This document shows positions 40,070 through 53,908 of a stretch of 64,000 nt of DNA, piece by piece. Each line of letters opens with the position of its first letter. Position 1 is the stretch's first letter. The notes beneath the pieces were generated by a model. It saw only the letters and a list, made by a program, of their open reading frames with translations. It had not been told where the DNA came from and ran no database searches. Made by a program: the position numbers and the translations under genes. Source of the DNA: Mobula hypostoma (Eukaryota); the NCBI RefSeq assembly GCF_963921235.1, contig NC_086097.1, positions 35,342,001 through 35,406,000 of the forward strand, written 5' to 3'.

Positions 40070-40940
40070 GCGAGGAGACACAGAGGGATATTGCGGTCTA
40101 AGTGCGTAGATCTCTCAAAGTTGTCACGCACGATGATAGGATGGTTAAGAAGCTGTACGGTGTGTTGGCCCTCATTAGTTGGGGAGGTTGAGTTCTAGAG
40201 GTAATGTTGCTGCTCTATAAAACGCTGGTTAGACCACGCACTTGGAGTATTGTGTACAGTTGAGATCACCTCATTATAGAAAGGATACGGAAGCTTTAGA
40301 GAGGGTGCAGAGGAGATTTACCAGGATGCTGCCTGGGCTAGAGGGCCTGTATGAACACAGGTTGGGTAAGCTAGGGCTTCTCTTTTTCAAGTGAAGGAAT
40401 CAGAGGCGACTTGACAGAGGTGTGCAAGATGATAGGAGGCGTAAATCAAGGGGATAGCCAGAGACTTTTTCCCTGGGCAGAAATGACTAATACACAGGAG
40501 CATGATATTAAGGTGATTGCAGAAAAGTATAGGGCCGAAAGCAGAGTGGTGGGTGTGTGGAATCCCCTGCTGGGGGTGATAGCAGAGACAGATACATTAT
40601 AGCATAGAAACTATATAAACATCTTGTTATTCAAACCGATTTCCAAACATAAATGCTTTCCTTGATATCCTTTGTGCCAATAATGATTAATAATTATTCA
40701 GGATATGGAATTGATTCTGATGAGTCTCATTAGCAATTTGCCTTCAGCAGTTAACAAGTTATGATGCTTTACACACATTTGCACACTAATTAAAAGATGG
40801 AGATTAAAGATTGCTACAATGTAAGGATGTAAGAAAAATGTATGGCTATGTAGGAGGGAAAGGCTTAGAGTACGTTTAAAAAATCGACACAACATCATCG
40901 GCTGAAGGGCCTGCACTGTGCTGTAATGTTCTCTGTTCCA
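40070..40940 (+). mobile_element. CR1 3' fragment interrupted by a locally duplicated segment
   Basis: ttggagtattgtgtacagtt..gagagggtgcagaggagatttaccaggatgctgcc; 3' end gctgaagggcctgcactgtgctgtaatgttc. Confidence 0.8.
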
Positions 40941-42294
40941 TGTGCTAGTCTGCTCTAAACAGCACGCAAGCAGAACCTTGCCATCCACAATCAAAAGAAT
41001 TGTATGGTGTGAATTTCTGTCAAAGACATTAATCGGAGTTGATGGCCCTCTTCCAGCAACCTGTTATGTGTGTGGGAGATCAAGAGATCAGATGTAATGA
41101 ATGTTTATCATTTATGACAGCTCTGGTCCAGTAACTCAGAGTATCCATTGCCTGGGAATAGCTATGGTAAAGCCCCTTTCAATGTATGGGAATGTCATGC
41201 TTTGCTGGGAAAGGTTGCCCATTCTGTACAACAGAAACAATATACTTTTAAGCAGACACTCTAGTTATTATGATTATATTAATATTTAAGCCCTTTGATA
41301 AAATATACCTATTTATTGTTTACAAAATGTCTTACATGGATCACAATCTTTAGTTAAAATCATATCTGTTAAACGATGTGAATATTATCGCTAATCAAGC
41401 ATGGGGGTGAAAAGCTTAAGAGGCAGCGATAAACTATATAAACATCATGTTATTCCTTTGATATCTTTTGTAATATTAATGATTGAATGATTAATAATTA
41501 TTCAGGATATTGAATTGATTCTGATGAGTCTCATTTGCAATTTGCCTTCAGCAGTTAACAATTTATGATCCTTTACACACATTCACACACTAATTAAAAG
41601 ATAATTAAATATTGGGTATATCAAACATTCTATTTATTCCATTTAAGTCAATGTTTCATCTTTAGTCTAGTCAGAATTATGTTAACATATCTGTTTCAAT
41701 ATTTATCACACTTACTATGTTTGTATTCAGACAATTGAATGATCAATTTTATCTGCAGTTAAAATCTATTTTGTATACATGCACAATATCGGGATCCAGG
41801 ATCGGCCATGATGGAATGGTGGAGTGGACTCGATGGGCTGAATAGCTTAATTCTGCTCCTATGTCTTATGGTCTTATGCATGTCACATCTGCAGATGCCA
41901 TATTGTGCTGACTGATAGTGAGCTATTTAAAAAGAATAAAATGGCCTTTGACAGGAGGGTAGAGCTGCAAGTGGGGCCATCGTCAAGAGGCCTGGTTCCC
42001 CATCATATTTTCCTCAAGTAATGTTTGGAAATCACTCCCTCGCAATTGTTAGGACAGGCATAGCTGCAGAAAGCAGTGGGGCTGGTGTAAGAGGAGGATA
42101 GGTTAGATTGGACATGACTCCACCCAATATTTCTGCAAGGGAAGTATAACGCATGCCTGCCCCCTTTACTGTTTTATCTAGTCCTCTTTGGTGTAAGTAA
42201 GGAAATGGAACTCAATCACACACCAATCACAAGCCATTCAATAACTTCGCCATGGATATTGGTTTCAGACAGTGGAATCTTTTCTATTCTTCTC

Positions 42295-43153
42295 TTTCTT
42301 TTTTCTTTTTAAATCTTTTTATTGAATAAGTATACAAAAAGGTAAGCCATATAGGCACTAATACACTGTTAGAATATAATAAAATTACAGAAGATATTAA
42401 TACAAAAAAAAACTACAAACAATGTAATTTAAACATAACATACCAAGGTAACATAATAGTATACTAATTTTTATATATATATCAATAGAGAAAAGGAAAA
42501 AAAAAACCCCAAAAAAAACCCACCGTGCAACTAACTAAAAGCAAAGCAAAGCAATGGGCTAACTTGAAACCAAACAGAGTTAAAAAACTTAAAATCACGT
42601 CCTCAATCCCCGACCTCCATTAAAAACGGTAAAAAAAACAAGAAGGGTATATATTACATTAAATGAAAATATTGAATAAAAGATCTCCAGGTCTGTTCAA
42701 ATTTAAATGAGGAGTCATAAAGATTGCTTCTAATTTTCTCCAAATTCAAACGTAATATCGTCTGAGAAAACCAAAAAAAGGTAGTTGGAGCATTAAGCTC
42801 TTTCCAATGTTGTAAGATACATCTTTTCGCCATTAAAGTAAGAAATGCAATCATTCTACGGGCTGAAGGGGAAAGATTACTGGAAATTTTAGGTAGTCCA
42901 AAGATAGCAGTAATAGGGTGAGGAGAGATATCTATATTCAATACCTTGGAGATAATATTAAAAATGTCTCTCCAAAAGGTTTCCAGAGTAGGGCAAGACC
43001 AAAACATATGAGTTAAAGAGGCTATCTGCCCCGGACATCTATCACAAAAAGGATTAATATGAGAATAAAAGCGCGCTAACTTATCTTTGGACATATGTGC
43101 TCTTTGAACAACTTTAAATTGAATTAGGGAATGTTTAGCACAGATAGAGGAAG
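42295..43153 (-). mobile_element. L1-clade LINE, 5'-truncated, young, 12-bp TSD
   Basis: Open ORF2 C-terminus with CCHC motif CDRC..LTHMFWSC; AATAAA plus A-rich tail; TCTATTCTTCTC at 42283-42294 and 43154-43165. Confidence 0.92.
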
Positions 43154-43165
43154 TCTATTCTTCTC

Positions 43166-43482
43166 AACTTCACTCACCCCATCACTGAACTATTCCCACA
43201 AGCTATGGACGCACTTTCAAGGACTCTTCATCTCTTGTGCTCGATATTCATTGCTTATATATTGTTATTATTATTTCTTTTTTTCTTTCTATTTATATTT
43301 ACTCAGTTTTTTGTCTTTTGTACATTGGTTGTTTGTCCATCCTGTTGGGTGCGATCTTTCATTCATTCTATTGTATTTCTTGTATTTACTGTGAATGCCC
43401 ATAAGAAAATGGATCTCAGGGTTGTACATGGTGTCATATATGTCCTTTGATAATAAATTTACTTTAATCTTTGAACTTTGAC
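43166..43482 (+). mobile_element. Rex/Babar-like 3' UTR fragment
   Basis: Reverse-complement homologue of 10003-10310; ends gataataaatttacttt..ctttgaactttga. Confidence 0.75.
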
Positions 43483-43745
43483 TTCGAACATTGAGCAATT
43501 TTCTTGTGGTAGTAAGTAATGACATTATAATAATGCCAGGCAAAGGGGGAAAACAGGACTGACAAAGGCACAGGCACAAAAAGGAACAAAATTTCATGGA
43601 TTAATACAGTATTACAAGCACAATCACAATATTGTTGCATTCATGGCAGTTTTCTTTTTAAGTGTTACAGATATCAAAAAGATAGGACAGGTCATGAAAA
43701 TATTTCATGTTCAGTTTGAAAACGGATGAGGAACAAAACAAAATA

Positions 43746-44591
43746 TAGTGGATTCTGATTAATTGGGCCATCGGTTTATCGAGACAGCCATTTAATTGGG
43801 CCAGCTCTTAAAGGACAAAAACTAATTGAGAAAAGAGTCGGGATTCCCTTCATTTATTTAGGATGCTGTGTCACTTAATTGGGACAGGAGACTGTTGCCA
43901 AATAGTTTCTAACTAGCATCAGATGTGTGCACTTGTGTGGCTGTTAGACACTACACAGGGCTTAGAGCATACAGTTCTTAAGTAGTATCAGTTCCATGTG
44001 CTTTTGTTCAAAGAGCAATGATCTTTGCCACTAATTGTTGGCGAGAAATAAGCAGTAAGACAACTCAGAACTGTTTTGTTCACTGCGGTTGCAATCATTC
44101 AGGCTTGGAGATTCCAGAAATGGCTGGGACTGAAAATGAAACAACTTCACTACTTCAACAAATTAGGAACTACGAAGAATGTGAAGGTATTGACAATCAT
44201 CTTGAATATTACAATGAAAACGAAAATGAAGGTTTTGATGATGCAAACATCGATAGCATTGTATGAAGGCAGTCCACTATCTACTCTAGGTGTCTGCACT
44301 GATTTTGTTCATTTACAGTCAACAAAAAGAATGCAGCAGCATACACTGAAATCTGCTGTCCGTAACTATTAGGAACTAATACGCAGTTTTATAGTACCAT
44401 AATAGTATTGATAGTATTCTAATTTGTTCTGTATTTCACTTAAATACATAATTTGTTACTCAGTTAAATGGTAATTTGTCTTTTTTATGCCTTTTAAACT
44501 ATTTCCATGAAACTTTTGCTAATAGGGGCAGCCGCTTAATTGAGCCCAAATGTACTAGTCCCGATGTGTCCAAATTAACTGGAATCCACTG
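43746..44591 (+). mobile_element. Non-autonomous Tigger/pogo-like DNA transposon (copy 2)
   Basis: TIRs TAGTGGATTCTGATTAATTGGG and CCAAATTAACTGGAATCCACTG; TA on the left; pogo-type C-terminal remnant WREISSKTTQNCFVHCG. Confidence 0.82.
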
Positions 44592-45138
44592 TGTACAGAT
44601 AAAGAAATGTATCTTAAAAATATGGCATTTGTCACAGATTATAACTGAAATCTAAATATAATTTAACTCATTAAAAGCCCTTAGATTATCTACCAAATAC
44701 CAAGGCAGATGAAAGCATTTTGGATTAAAAAACAGCAAAATTTCTTTAATTTGTCTTGAGAAAGGTTTTGATTTTCATGGCCAAATCCTATGCTATGAAA
44801 CCGATACAGAATAGGTGGTATTATTAAGCTTATATAACATTTTGGAGTTTATGGATTGCAAGAGATGAAGGAAAAATCTGACTTCTATGGTTTTTATGTC
44901 CTTCCCTTTCTACTTGTCTGTGTCACATGCTATTCTTATCTGGGGAAGTGGGAAGCCAGTTTTCCTTAGCTCTAAGCCACAGAAACTTATGGTCGGATAA
45001 CATGATACTCATTATTTTCTTCATTCCCCAGATGGGACTGCCCTGCATCATTTTGGCATCTATCACTCCACCACAAATGGCTCATCAAAGATTTGGAATC
45101 TGTCACACCAGTCAAAATTACAAAATAGTCTCCAATGA

Positions 45139-45456
<318 letters not shown>

Positions 45457-45788
45457 TAAGGTTTGATCCTTTGATGTACATCAGGGTCAGTTATATTCAG
45501 TCTCAAAGTTAATGTCACAAGTAACGTTCAAAGTTTAGAATGTGCTCGGTGTTTATATGACATATATATTTTGCAGTGTTTGTTACAAAAAAAAGTTCAG
45601 CTGATGTTTGAGCACCATAAATATAATTGTTGCCCAGCAGAATAATGTTAGTGTAGATAATGGTGACCAGATTTTAAATAAGTTTCCCACTGCTTGGACA
45701 TATTCACTGTGTAGTGTGATACTTATATGACAGGTCTCTGCTTGTATGTGGTAACGTTTTATTTGTAGTAGTTACTGCTACCTCGGCT

Positions 45789-45932
45789 ATATAGGCCAAT
45801 CCCCTGTACAGTGAATACAATGGATTACAGAAATATTGACGAACCCCAACCATACCATCGACTTTGGACGATGGAGAAGGAAGGTCATCAATGGCCTGAG
45901 CTCCACTGGGAGCTCAGGGCCCAAGAAGAAGA
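45789..45932 (+). repeat. Short interspersed repeat with (GAA)n tail (copy 2)
   Basis: ataggccaatcccctgtacagtg..ggtcatcaatgg..gggcccaagaagaaga; inverted relative to 34442-34577. Confidence 0.7.
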
Positions 45933-48019
45933 CTACTACCTCAAATTAACATGGTGGGGGGGGGGAGGATGGAATTGAAACAGTTGTTAATTTAGATGAT
46001 GATTAGATTATTGGCTAATAGCAAAAGATTGAGAAAGAAATCCATTTGCATTCTTGGTCGGCTTCTCATTCTTTCCCGAAAGCTAATTTGTGTTGAAAGG
46101 TGAAAATTATGTTTTAAATAATTACCTTCCATGAAATGGATCCTTATATTGTTAGTCTAGTAGGTTGTTAACATTCATTGTTTCCATTTGTAAGGCACAG
46201 TGGAGTTGTTTCTAATTTTGTTCTCTCACTTATAAGCACTCAGACTCTTTTTACTTCAAATTGATTGGTGTCCCTTTGCAATGTGTCTTGATGTCGTGCA
46301 GCGGCGACATTGCCAACATCTTTTATTTGTTAAGTATGACTCTAGAACCAATTCAATATTATAAGAATATTCCCAAGTCAAGGCTGTACAAGAAACTAAA
46401 GTAAGTCAAATGCTTCTGCATAACTGTTTGTCATTTTTGTGTGATGCAATATTTCCCCAGTTATGTTTATTATGTAAAAATGGAACAGTGTACAACCATA
46501 TCATGTGAGATAGCTGCAGGGAAGGCAATGTCACTCTGTGTTCATCAAGAAATGGCTATTGCATAATTTTATAGGGAAGGGAACACAAATCTGTCCTTAT
46601 ACTGAAATGGGGAACATTGAGTTTCTGGAAATCAAGTGCCTGAAACTCCCTCGAATGTGGTGAACGAAGATTTATTTCAATCTCTGAAGCACTGTACTTC
46701 TTTTTAATGGCTCTTTGAACTTAAAGACACAAGGAAAGACTGTCGACAATGCAAATTGAATTGAAAGATTTGAATGCTAAATATAGATCTCTATCATCAG
46801 AATATTTAGATAATTAGAAGTTATTGATGTTTAGGAGTGACTACAAGGCAATATTCTAATTGGGTGATGCAAATTATATTTATGAATTAACAATTTATTA
46901 AGCAATTATTATCTGTCATTTGAAATCTGTCACTAATTACAGCCTTGAAGTCATTTCTTGCCATTTGGTACTTCACATGGGATATGCAGATTCGCATGTC
47001 TAAGAGATGTTGTTTTACTCTGGGTATATTTCTACAATGATAGGAAATATCATTGCTATCTACAGGTGTCATTACACATTTGGTCACTATTCCTTGTCCT
47101 CGGGTACAAGGGTTAAGAATGCCTTTATTTTATGCTTGCCAGTAAAGAGCTTCTAGTTTATCAGTTGATTGTAGGAAGTTCTATTCTTCCGGGTATTCCT
47201 AGTTGCGAATAGCCATCATGTGATCAATTTATATAAGGTACTAACAATACAGAGCTGTTATGACAGAATCTACATTGCGCAAGTGGTAATAGAGTCATGC
47301 CTTTAGGGACATGTTCCCAACAACAGAATTTCCTATAATCATTTTGGATAGAAGTCCTTAAAAACATGTTCCCTACTACATGCTAGATGTACAATACAGA
47401 TTCTACTTCATATAAATTAATCACAGGACACAGATTCCAAAAAGCAGCTTCTCTTCCTCCCTCTGTTTTATTTCCTTTCCAGAGTCCCTCAGGGCCTGTC
47501 CTTGGCCCCTCTTCTCCCTGAGTTGCAGGCAGCACCGTTGCGACTTCTTAGACAGGGAGTCAGATTCCACATGCCCGTGGCTGGCACTTAGCTCCATTTC
47601 TCCAGCCCCTTCACAGCCCCACATCCTGCCTTGAATGAGTCACTGTTTCCCCTGGCTAAAGCACTGGGAAGACCATTGTTGTCAAATCAAACAACAAAAC
47701 CTAACCTATGGCCCTTAATTAAATTCTTTGTTGATCAAGTGGGAAATGCCAGAGACTTTTAGAAATATGCTCCACCTTCACTAGCCTCTTCTAAAATCCC
47801 TTTTTCACCATTCATGACAGCACTTTAGCTATCAATTTATTCGCTTATCCACCCTGACTTTTTAAAAATTCATCTATTTTTGTTTTTCTGATATCTCATT
47901 TTCTGATTGCCTGAAAAGGTGAAAAGTGTACATGATACAGTGTATAGGAACAGCCAGGTTATTCAGTAAAATCATGGCTGATTCTTTTCAAGTTCATCTT
48001 GTCATCTGATCTTTATACC

Positions 48020-48760
48020 TTTTGGTTGTGTGGTCAGGCACAGCTCTAGTGCCATCTATAAATTTGCCGATGACACCACTGTTTGCAATATCTCAGATGG
48101 CGATTAGGAGGCGCACAGGAGCCAAATAAACCAACTGCTTGAGTGGTGTCACAACAACAACATTGCACTCAACAACATCCAGACCAAGGAACTGATTGTG
48201 AAATTCTGTAAGGGGAGGTCAGGAGAATACATACCGGTCTACGTTGAGGGGTCAGTGGTGGAAAGGACACATAGTTCAAGTTCCTGGTTATCAGCATCTT
48301 GGAGGATCTGTCCTGGGCCCACCATATTTGCGAAGGGATGCCAGTGGCTATACTTCATTCTGAGTTTAAGGAGATTTGATGTGTCACCAAAGGCTTGCAA
48401 ATTTCTACAGATGTACTGCAGAGGGCATTCTGACTGGTACGAAGGCTTCAATGACCAGGATCAGGTGAGGCTGCAGAGAGCTGTGGGCTCAGCCAACATA
48501 ATCACGAGCAGAAGCTTCCCCCCCCCCACCCCCACTGAGAACATCTTTAAAAGGTGATGCCTCAAGAAGGCAGCATCCATCATTAAGGACCCTCACCATC
48601 CAGGACATTCGCTCTTCTCACTACTACCATCCGAGAGGAGGTACAAGGGCTTGGAGATTCACACTCAGCATTTCAGGAATAGCTTATCTCTCTCTCTTTC
48701 TCAATTTATTGATTTATTTAGTTATTTCAGTGACAATGAACCTAATCCTGATTCTGATCC
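48020..48760 (+). mobile_element. Degenerate Rex/Babar-like LINE 3' fragment
   Basis: atctataaatttgccgatgacaccact (IYKFADDTT), LYFILSLRRF, gcagcatccatcattaaggaccc. Confidence 0.8.
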
Positions 48761-48909
48761 ACTTCAATCCTGTACGTGTTCTGAACATCTGCAGCTCTTT
48801 GAGTCAAAGGGGTTTTAGGTACATGGGAGCAAAGTAGTTATGTTACCGCACTGGCATTGCAGGGACATGAAATGATACCCTACAGATACGAATTCAAATA
48901 CCACTGTGA

Positions 48910-49421
48910 GGGCTGATTTATACTTCTGCGTCAACTCGACGCCGTAGGTACGGCGTCACCGCGAACCCTACGCCAAGCCTACGCGGATCTCTACACTGTA
49001 GCCTGACAGGCACCTCTCCTAAAATGTAACTACGCGTCGCGGCAACGCAGACCGCAACAACTGTGATTGGTCCACTTGGTAGCATCGCATTTCCTTCTAC
49101 GCTGCAATAGCTTCCCATTGGGCGACTGAAGGGCAGGGAAGGAACTCTGGCTGCAATGCTTTCCACAGAGCTTTACAGACCTCCGAAATTATGGAGGACA
49201 CATTTCGCATTTACGATAAAAGACGCTCCCTTTAAACTTTACCCCGAGAAAGACTACCATGACCATGAAGCCTTGCACCGGCAGGTGTGTGCGCACGTGC
49301 AACGTGCCTGAATTGCAGAGTGACGCAGACACACCAACGCACAAGTATAAATGCTCACAACGTGCGTCGGCCACTTGCATAGGTTATGGCGTTGAGTTGA
49401 CGCAGAAGCATAAATCAGCCT
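48910..49421. mobile_element. CpG-rich MITE, probably PIF/Harbinger-like
   Basis: TIRs GGCTGATTTATACTTCTGCGTCAACTC and GAGTTGACGCAGAAGCATAAATCAGCC (1 mismatch in 27); flanks TGA and TAA; no transposase. Confidence 0.82.
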
Positions 49422-49664
49422 TAACAGCTGGAACATTAAAACAATGTAACTTCAAGTTAAGCCTGGAGGTGCCAATTCCTGAACCAGTAATGATCACGAA
49501 ACAATCACTTCGTTCTAAAACCTACATAAATAATTCACTAATGTCCTTTAGTGCTTACAAGTATGGCCTATAGGAGATTGATCCACTCAGTAACAGTGTT
49601 CACTTATATTTGCCCCTTGAAATAGCCCTCACTGGGTTCAAGGGCAAATAGACTTGCGTACTTA

Positions 49665-50036
49665 ATGCCTGTTATGCAGGCGCTTAGGGCTGCAGTGAAG
49701 GTCCTCCATCTTTAGCTGGGGTTCAGGGTTTCCTTCATCGTGTCAATAGCTTATCTTGGTTTTTCACTACTGTCAGTCATGCAAGTCCTGGTGGAGACTC
49801 AGGATGTAAAAGGATTCTTCATTGCTGTTTCCTAACAGTTCTGTTTCATCTGTCAGGGTTGTTAGCCCTGAGCTGAACCCCCAAACCTAGTTTGTCCTCT
49901 ACCCTTTGACCTGTTTGGCATGGGCGACCCCTACCAAGAGCCAAAGCATAAAGCCCTAACTCCAGCCAACACAGCTCTCCAGGTCACTGAGGCATACAAG
50001 CCTCCAAACCCTGACAGGGTTGTGGTCCTCTGGGAG
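49665..50036. repeat. Interspersed repeat, probably RTE-related (copy 2)
   Basis: Homologous to 2355-2683. Confidence 0.6.
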
Positions 50037-53000
50037 GAAGGGCAAATAGGGACGCGCCTTAGTTGCCAGCCTTATAGTAATCCAATGAATTAACAAATAA
50101 AAAATCAGCTGTTGCTTTGTGTGAACGTTGTTACTGCTTGAATTGGCACTTTTGAAGTAAATCAATAGTCCAGGGTGTTCTACAATGAAATTTGTTTTAG
50201 AAGCTCTATTAGGAGCTTTATATCAGTGGACTCTATAAAAGGTCTTAGATACAGGAAGTTCCTAATTTTCTCTCACTGCAGACACGTTGGAATCATGAAT
50301 CTTTCATGCTGTGAGAATCTGCTGTACTTGGCATAGAAATTCACTGTCATAAACAATAAATTTAAACTGTAAGTGTCGACAATACGGTGAAAATTAATCC
50401 AATCTGTACCTTGCACCAGTCAAAACCTTGAAAAACATCTGTGAGCTGGAAATTAACCTTTCACATAATTGCTAGAGAAGATGTTAGTTTATGGCTCTCA
50501 AGCTGTTTTCACAAATTGTTAATTGTGTAACCTGTAAGCAACACATCGTTTTAAAGCATCTACCTACCTCACCAGGGGTTGCCGTCTTCTTGAAATCTGC
50601 AAATTGCCTAGCAACTGTTCGGTGGACAAGAAGAGATGTGTCAGTGAGGTGCTTCAACCAATTATATCCATTCAGAAGTAACTCCTCTTAAATCCTTTTC
50701 TCCCAAAGACAGGTAGTTTAACTCTACAATATATTTGACAATCCTGATTCCCAAAACTCAATATTCCATGCCTGACGCCCAGTAAGTACATGGTTCCTTT
50801 GATTCATTTCACATATAGTCTCTCACATGCCCTCTCTCATACCTATCGATGTGATTGCTTAATTCTTATCTTCTGGATGCAATAACCTTTCGTTTGATAA
50901 TATTTTTCCTTGTTCGCCTGATTATAAATTAGCCCAATGATCTCCCTAAGGGAAATCCAATATGGTGCCATATATTTTATATATTATATTCTATAGTAAA
51001 CATAAGAACATCTGAAGATGCCACCATATTATGTTCTATGATATTATAGAGAGGCTTCTGTTTTAAAGAAGCCAAAAACATACTACAAGGAAGTGTGCGC
51101 ACCTTAATTCCACAACTTTCAAGTGAACTATTGTTGTTGTATTACAAGGATAGGACAAATAGCTTGAGCTACCAATTAGAACCTGAATGAATTTAGAATA
51201 TTGAACCTGGGACTGGTTTCCCGACTGAAACAAGGACATGCAATTGCGAAGGAAGGAATGCGGTAAAGTTAACTACACGATAATAAGAATTTGGAGATAA
51301 CTTCTTTGCAGATAATCAGACTGAGCGTATAATGTCTGGAGTCTAAAAGAGTGAGTGATCTCATTGAAACTTATAACATTCTGATGGGACTTGACAGGAT
51401 AAAAGAAGGGATGAGTAAACTTTGAATGCTAGGCTAAAATGATAAAAGTTAAACTAATATGGCAGGTGGATGGGAGACAGCATGATAGTGTTGAGGATGC
51501 GCCAACAGGTTTATAAATAGATGATGTAATATGTAATATGAATGCAAGGAAGAACAAGCCGATGATTGGGTACAACTGCAGACAGAACAAAGAGTTAAGT
51601 TATACCACAGGGGTAAAATTCATAAAGGAGAAAAATGCAGGACTGAAGGCGCTGTATTTAAATGTGTGTAGCATTTGGAATAAGGTGGACGAACTTGTGG
51701 TGCAATTAGAGATTGGTCGGTATGACACTATGGGCATCACTGAGATGTGGCTGAAAGAAGGTATTAGTTGGGAGTTTAACACCAAAGGATATACTTTGTA
51801 TTGAAAGGACAGGCAGGAAGGCATAGGTGGTGGTGTGGATCTGTTGGGAGGAGATGGAATTATATCCTTAGAAAGAGGTGACACAGGGTCAGAGAACATC
51901 AAATCTTAGTGGGTGGAGTTAAGAAGCTGTGAGGGTAAAAAAAACATTATGGGAATCATATATAGGCCTCCAAAGAGTAGCCAAGATATGTGGTTGAGAT
52001 TGCAAAGGGAGCTGGAAAGGGCATGTAATAAGGGCAATGTCACAATTGTAATGGGGGACTTCAATATGCAAGGGGATTGGGAAAATCACGTTGATGTCAG
52101 ATCATGAGAGGCAAATTGTTGAATGCCTCCAAGATGGCTTTTTAGAGCAGCTTGTGTTGAGCCCACTTGGGGAAAAGCTATCTTAGATTGGTTGTGGTGT
52201 AATAACTTTTTAGGGAGCTTAACGTAAAGGAACACTTAGGACGCAGTGATCATAATATGATTGAATTCATACTGCAGTTTGAGAGGGAGAAATACAAGGC
52301 ACATGTTTCAGTATCGCAATGGAATAAAGGGAATTACAGAGACATGAGACAGGAGCTCTCCCAAGTGGATTGGAGGAGGATACTGGTAGGGATAATGGCA
52401 GAGCAGAGATGGCTGAGGTTTCTGGGAATAGTTTACAAGGCGCAGGACAGATATGTCCCACAGAAGAGGTTCTCAAATGGCAGGGGTAGGCAACTGTGGT
52501 TGACAAGGGAAGTTAGGACTACAAGGAAAGGACATATGATGTAGCAAAAGTGAGTGGGGAGTTGGATGATTGGGAAACTTTTAAAATCCAACAAAAGGCA
52601 ACTAAAAAACTTTAAGAAGGGAAAAGATGAAATATGAAGCCAAACTAGCCAATAATATAAAGCAGGATACTAAAAGATTTTTCAGTTATATAAAGAGTAA
52701 AAGAGAGGTAAGAGTTGATACTGGACCACTGGAAAATGATGCTGGTGAATTAGTAATGGGGGACAAAGAAATGGCAGACAACCTTAATAAATACTTTGCT
52801 TTTATCTTTACTGTGGAAGACACTAGCTGTATGCCAGAGTCCATGAGTTTCAGGGAGCAGGAGTGAGTGCCATTGCTATTACAAAGGAAAAAGAGCTAGA
52901 CACACTCCAAGATCTTAAGGTGGATAAGTCACCTGGGCCAAATGGACTACATCCCAGAGCCCTGAGAGAGGTTGCTGAAGAGATAACGGATGCATTGGTC

Positions 53001-53908
53001 ATGATCTTTCAGGAATCATTTGATTCTGGCATGGTCCCAGAGGACAGGAAAATTGCAAATGTCACTCCACCCTTTAAGAAGGGAGGAAGATAAAAGAGAG
53101 GAAATTATAGGCCAGTTAGCCAAACCTCAGTAGATGGGAAAGTATTGCGGTCCATTATTAAGGATGAGGTTTCATGGTAATTGGAGGCTAATGATAAAAT
53201 GTCAAAGTCAGCGTGGTTTCTGCAAAGGGATATCTTACCTGACAAATCTGTTAGAATTCTTCGAGGAACTAACAAGCAGGGTAGACAAAGGACAGGCAGC
53301 GGATGTCATTTACTTGGATTTTTGGAAGGCATATGATAAGGTGCCACACATGAGGCTGCTTAACAAGATAAAATCCTGTGGCGTTATAGGAAATATACTG
53401 GGATGGATAGGGGAATGGCTGACAGGCAGGACGCAGCGAGTGGGAATAAAGGGGGCCTTTTCTAGCTGGCAGCCGGTGACTAGTGGTGTTTCTCAGGGGT
53501 CAGCATTGGGACCGCTACTTTTCACATTGTTTGTCAATAATTTAGATAGTGGTATTGATGGCTTTGCGGCAAAGTTTGCGGCTGATACGAAGACAGGCAG
53601 AGCAGAAGCAGGTCCTCTAAGTGCTGAGGAAGCAATGTGATTGCAGCAGGACTGAGACAAAAGTAACAGATAAGAATAATGTGTTGGGAAATGTATGATA
53701 ATGTATTTTGGTAAAAGGAACAATAGTGCAGACTATTATCTAAATGGGGAGAAAATTCAAACATCAGAGATGCAAAGTGACTGAGGAGACCTTGTGCAAG
53801 ACTCCCAGAAAGTTAATTCACAGGTTGAGTCTTTGGTAAAGAAGGCAAATGCAATGTTGACATTTCTTTCAAGGGGAATAGAAAATAAAAACAAGGAGAT
53901 AATGCTGA

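Noticed and set aside
40710..40745. CTGATGAG box in the duplicated segment (also at 41521) as a possible hammerhead
   Set aside because: No downstream helix II plus GAAA and no helix I pairing.
48918..49573. Short ORFs in the CpG-rich block as a gene or CpG-island promoter
   Set aside because: The CpG-rich block is bounded by the MITE TIRs, and the ORFs resemble no family I recognise.
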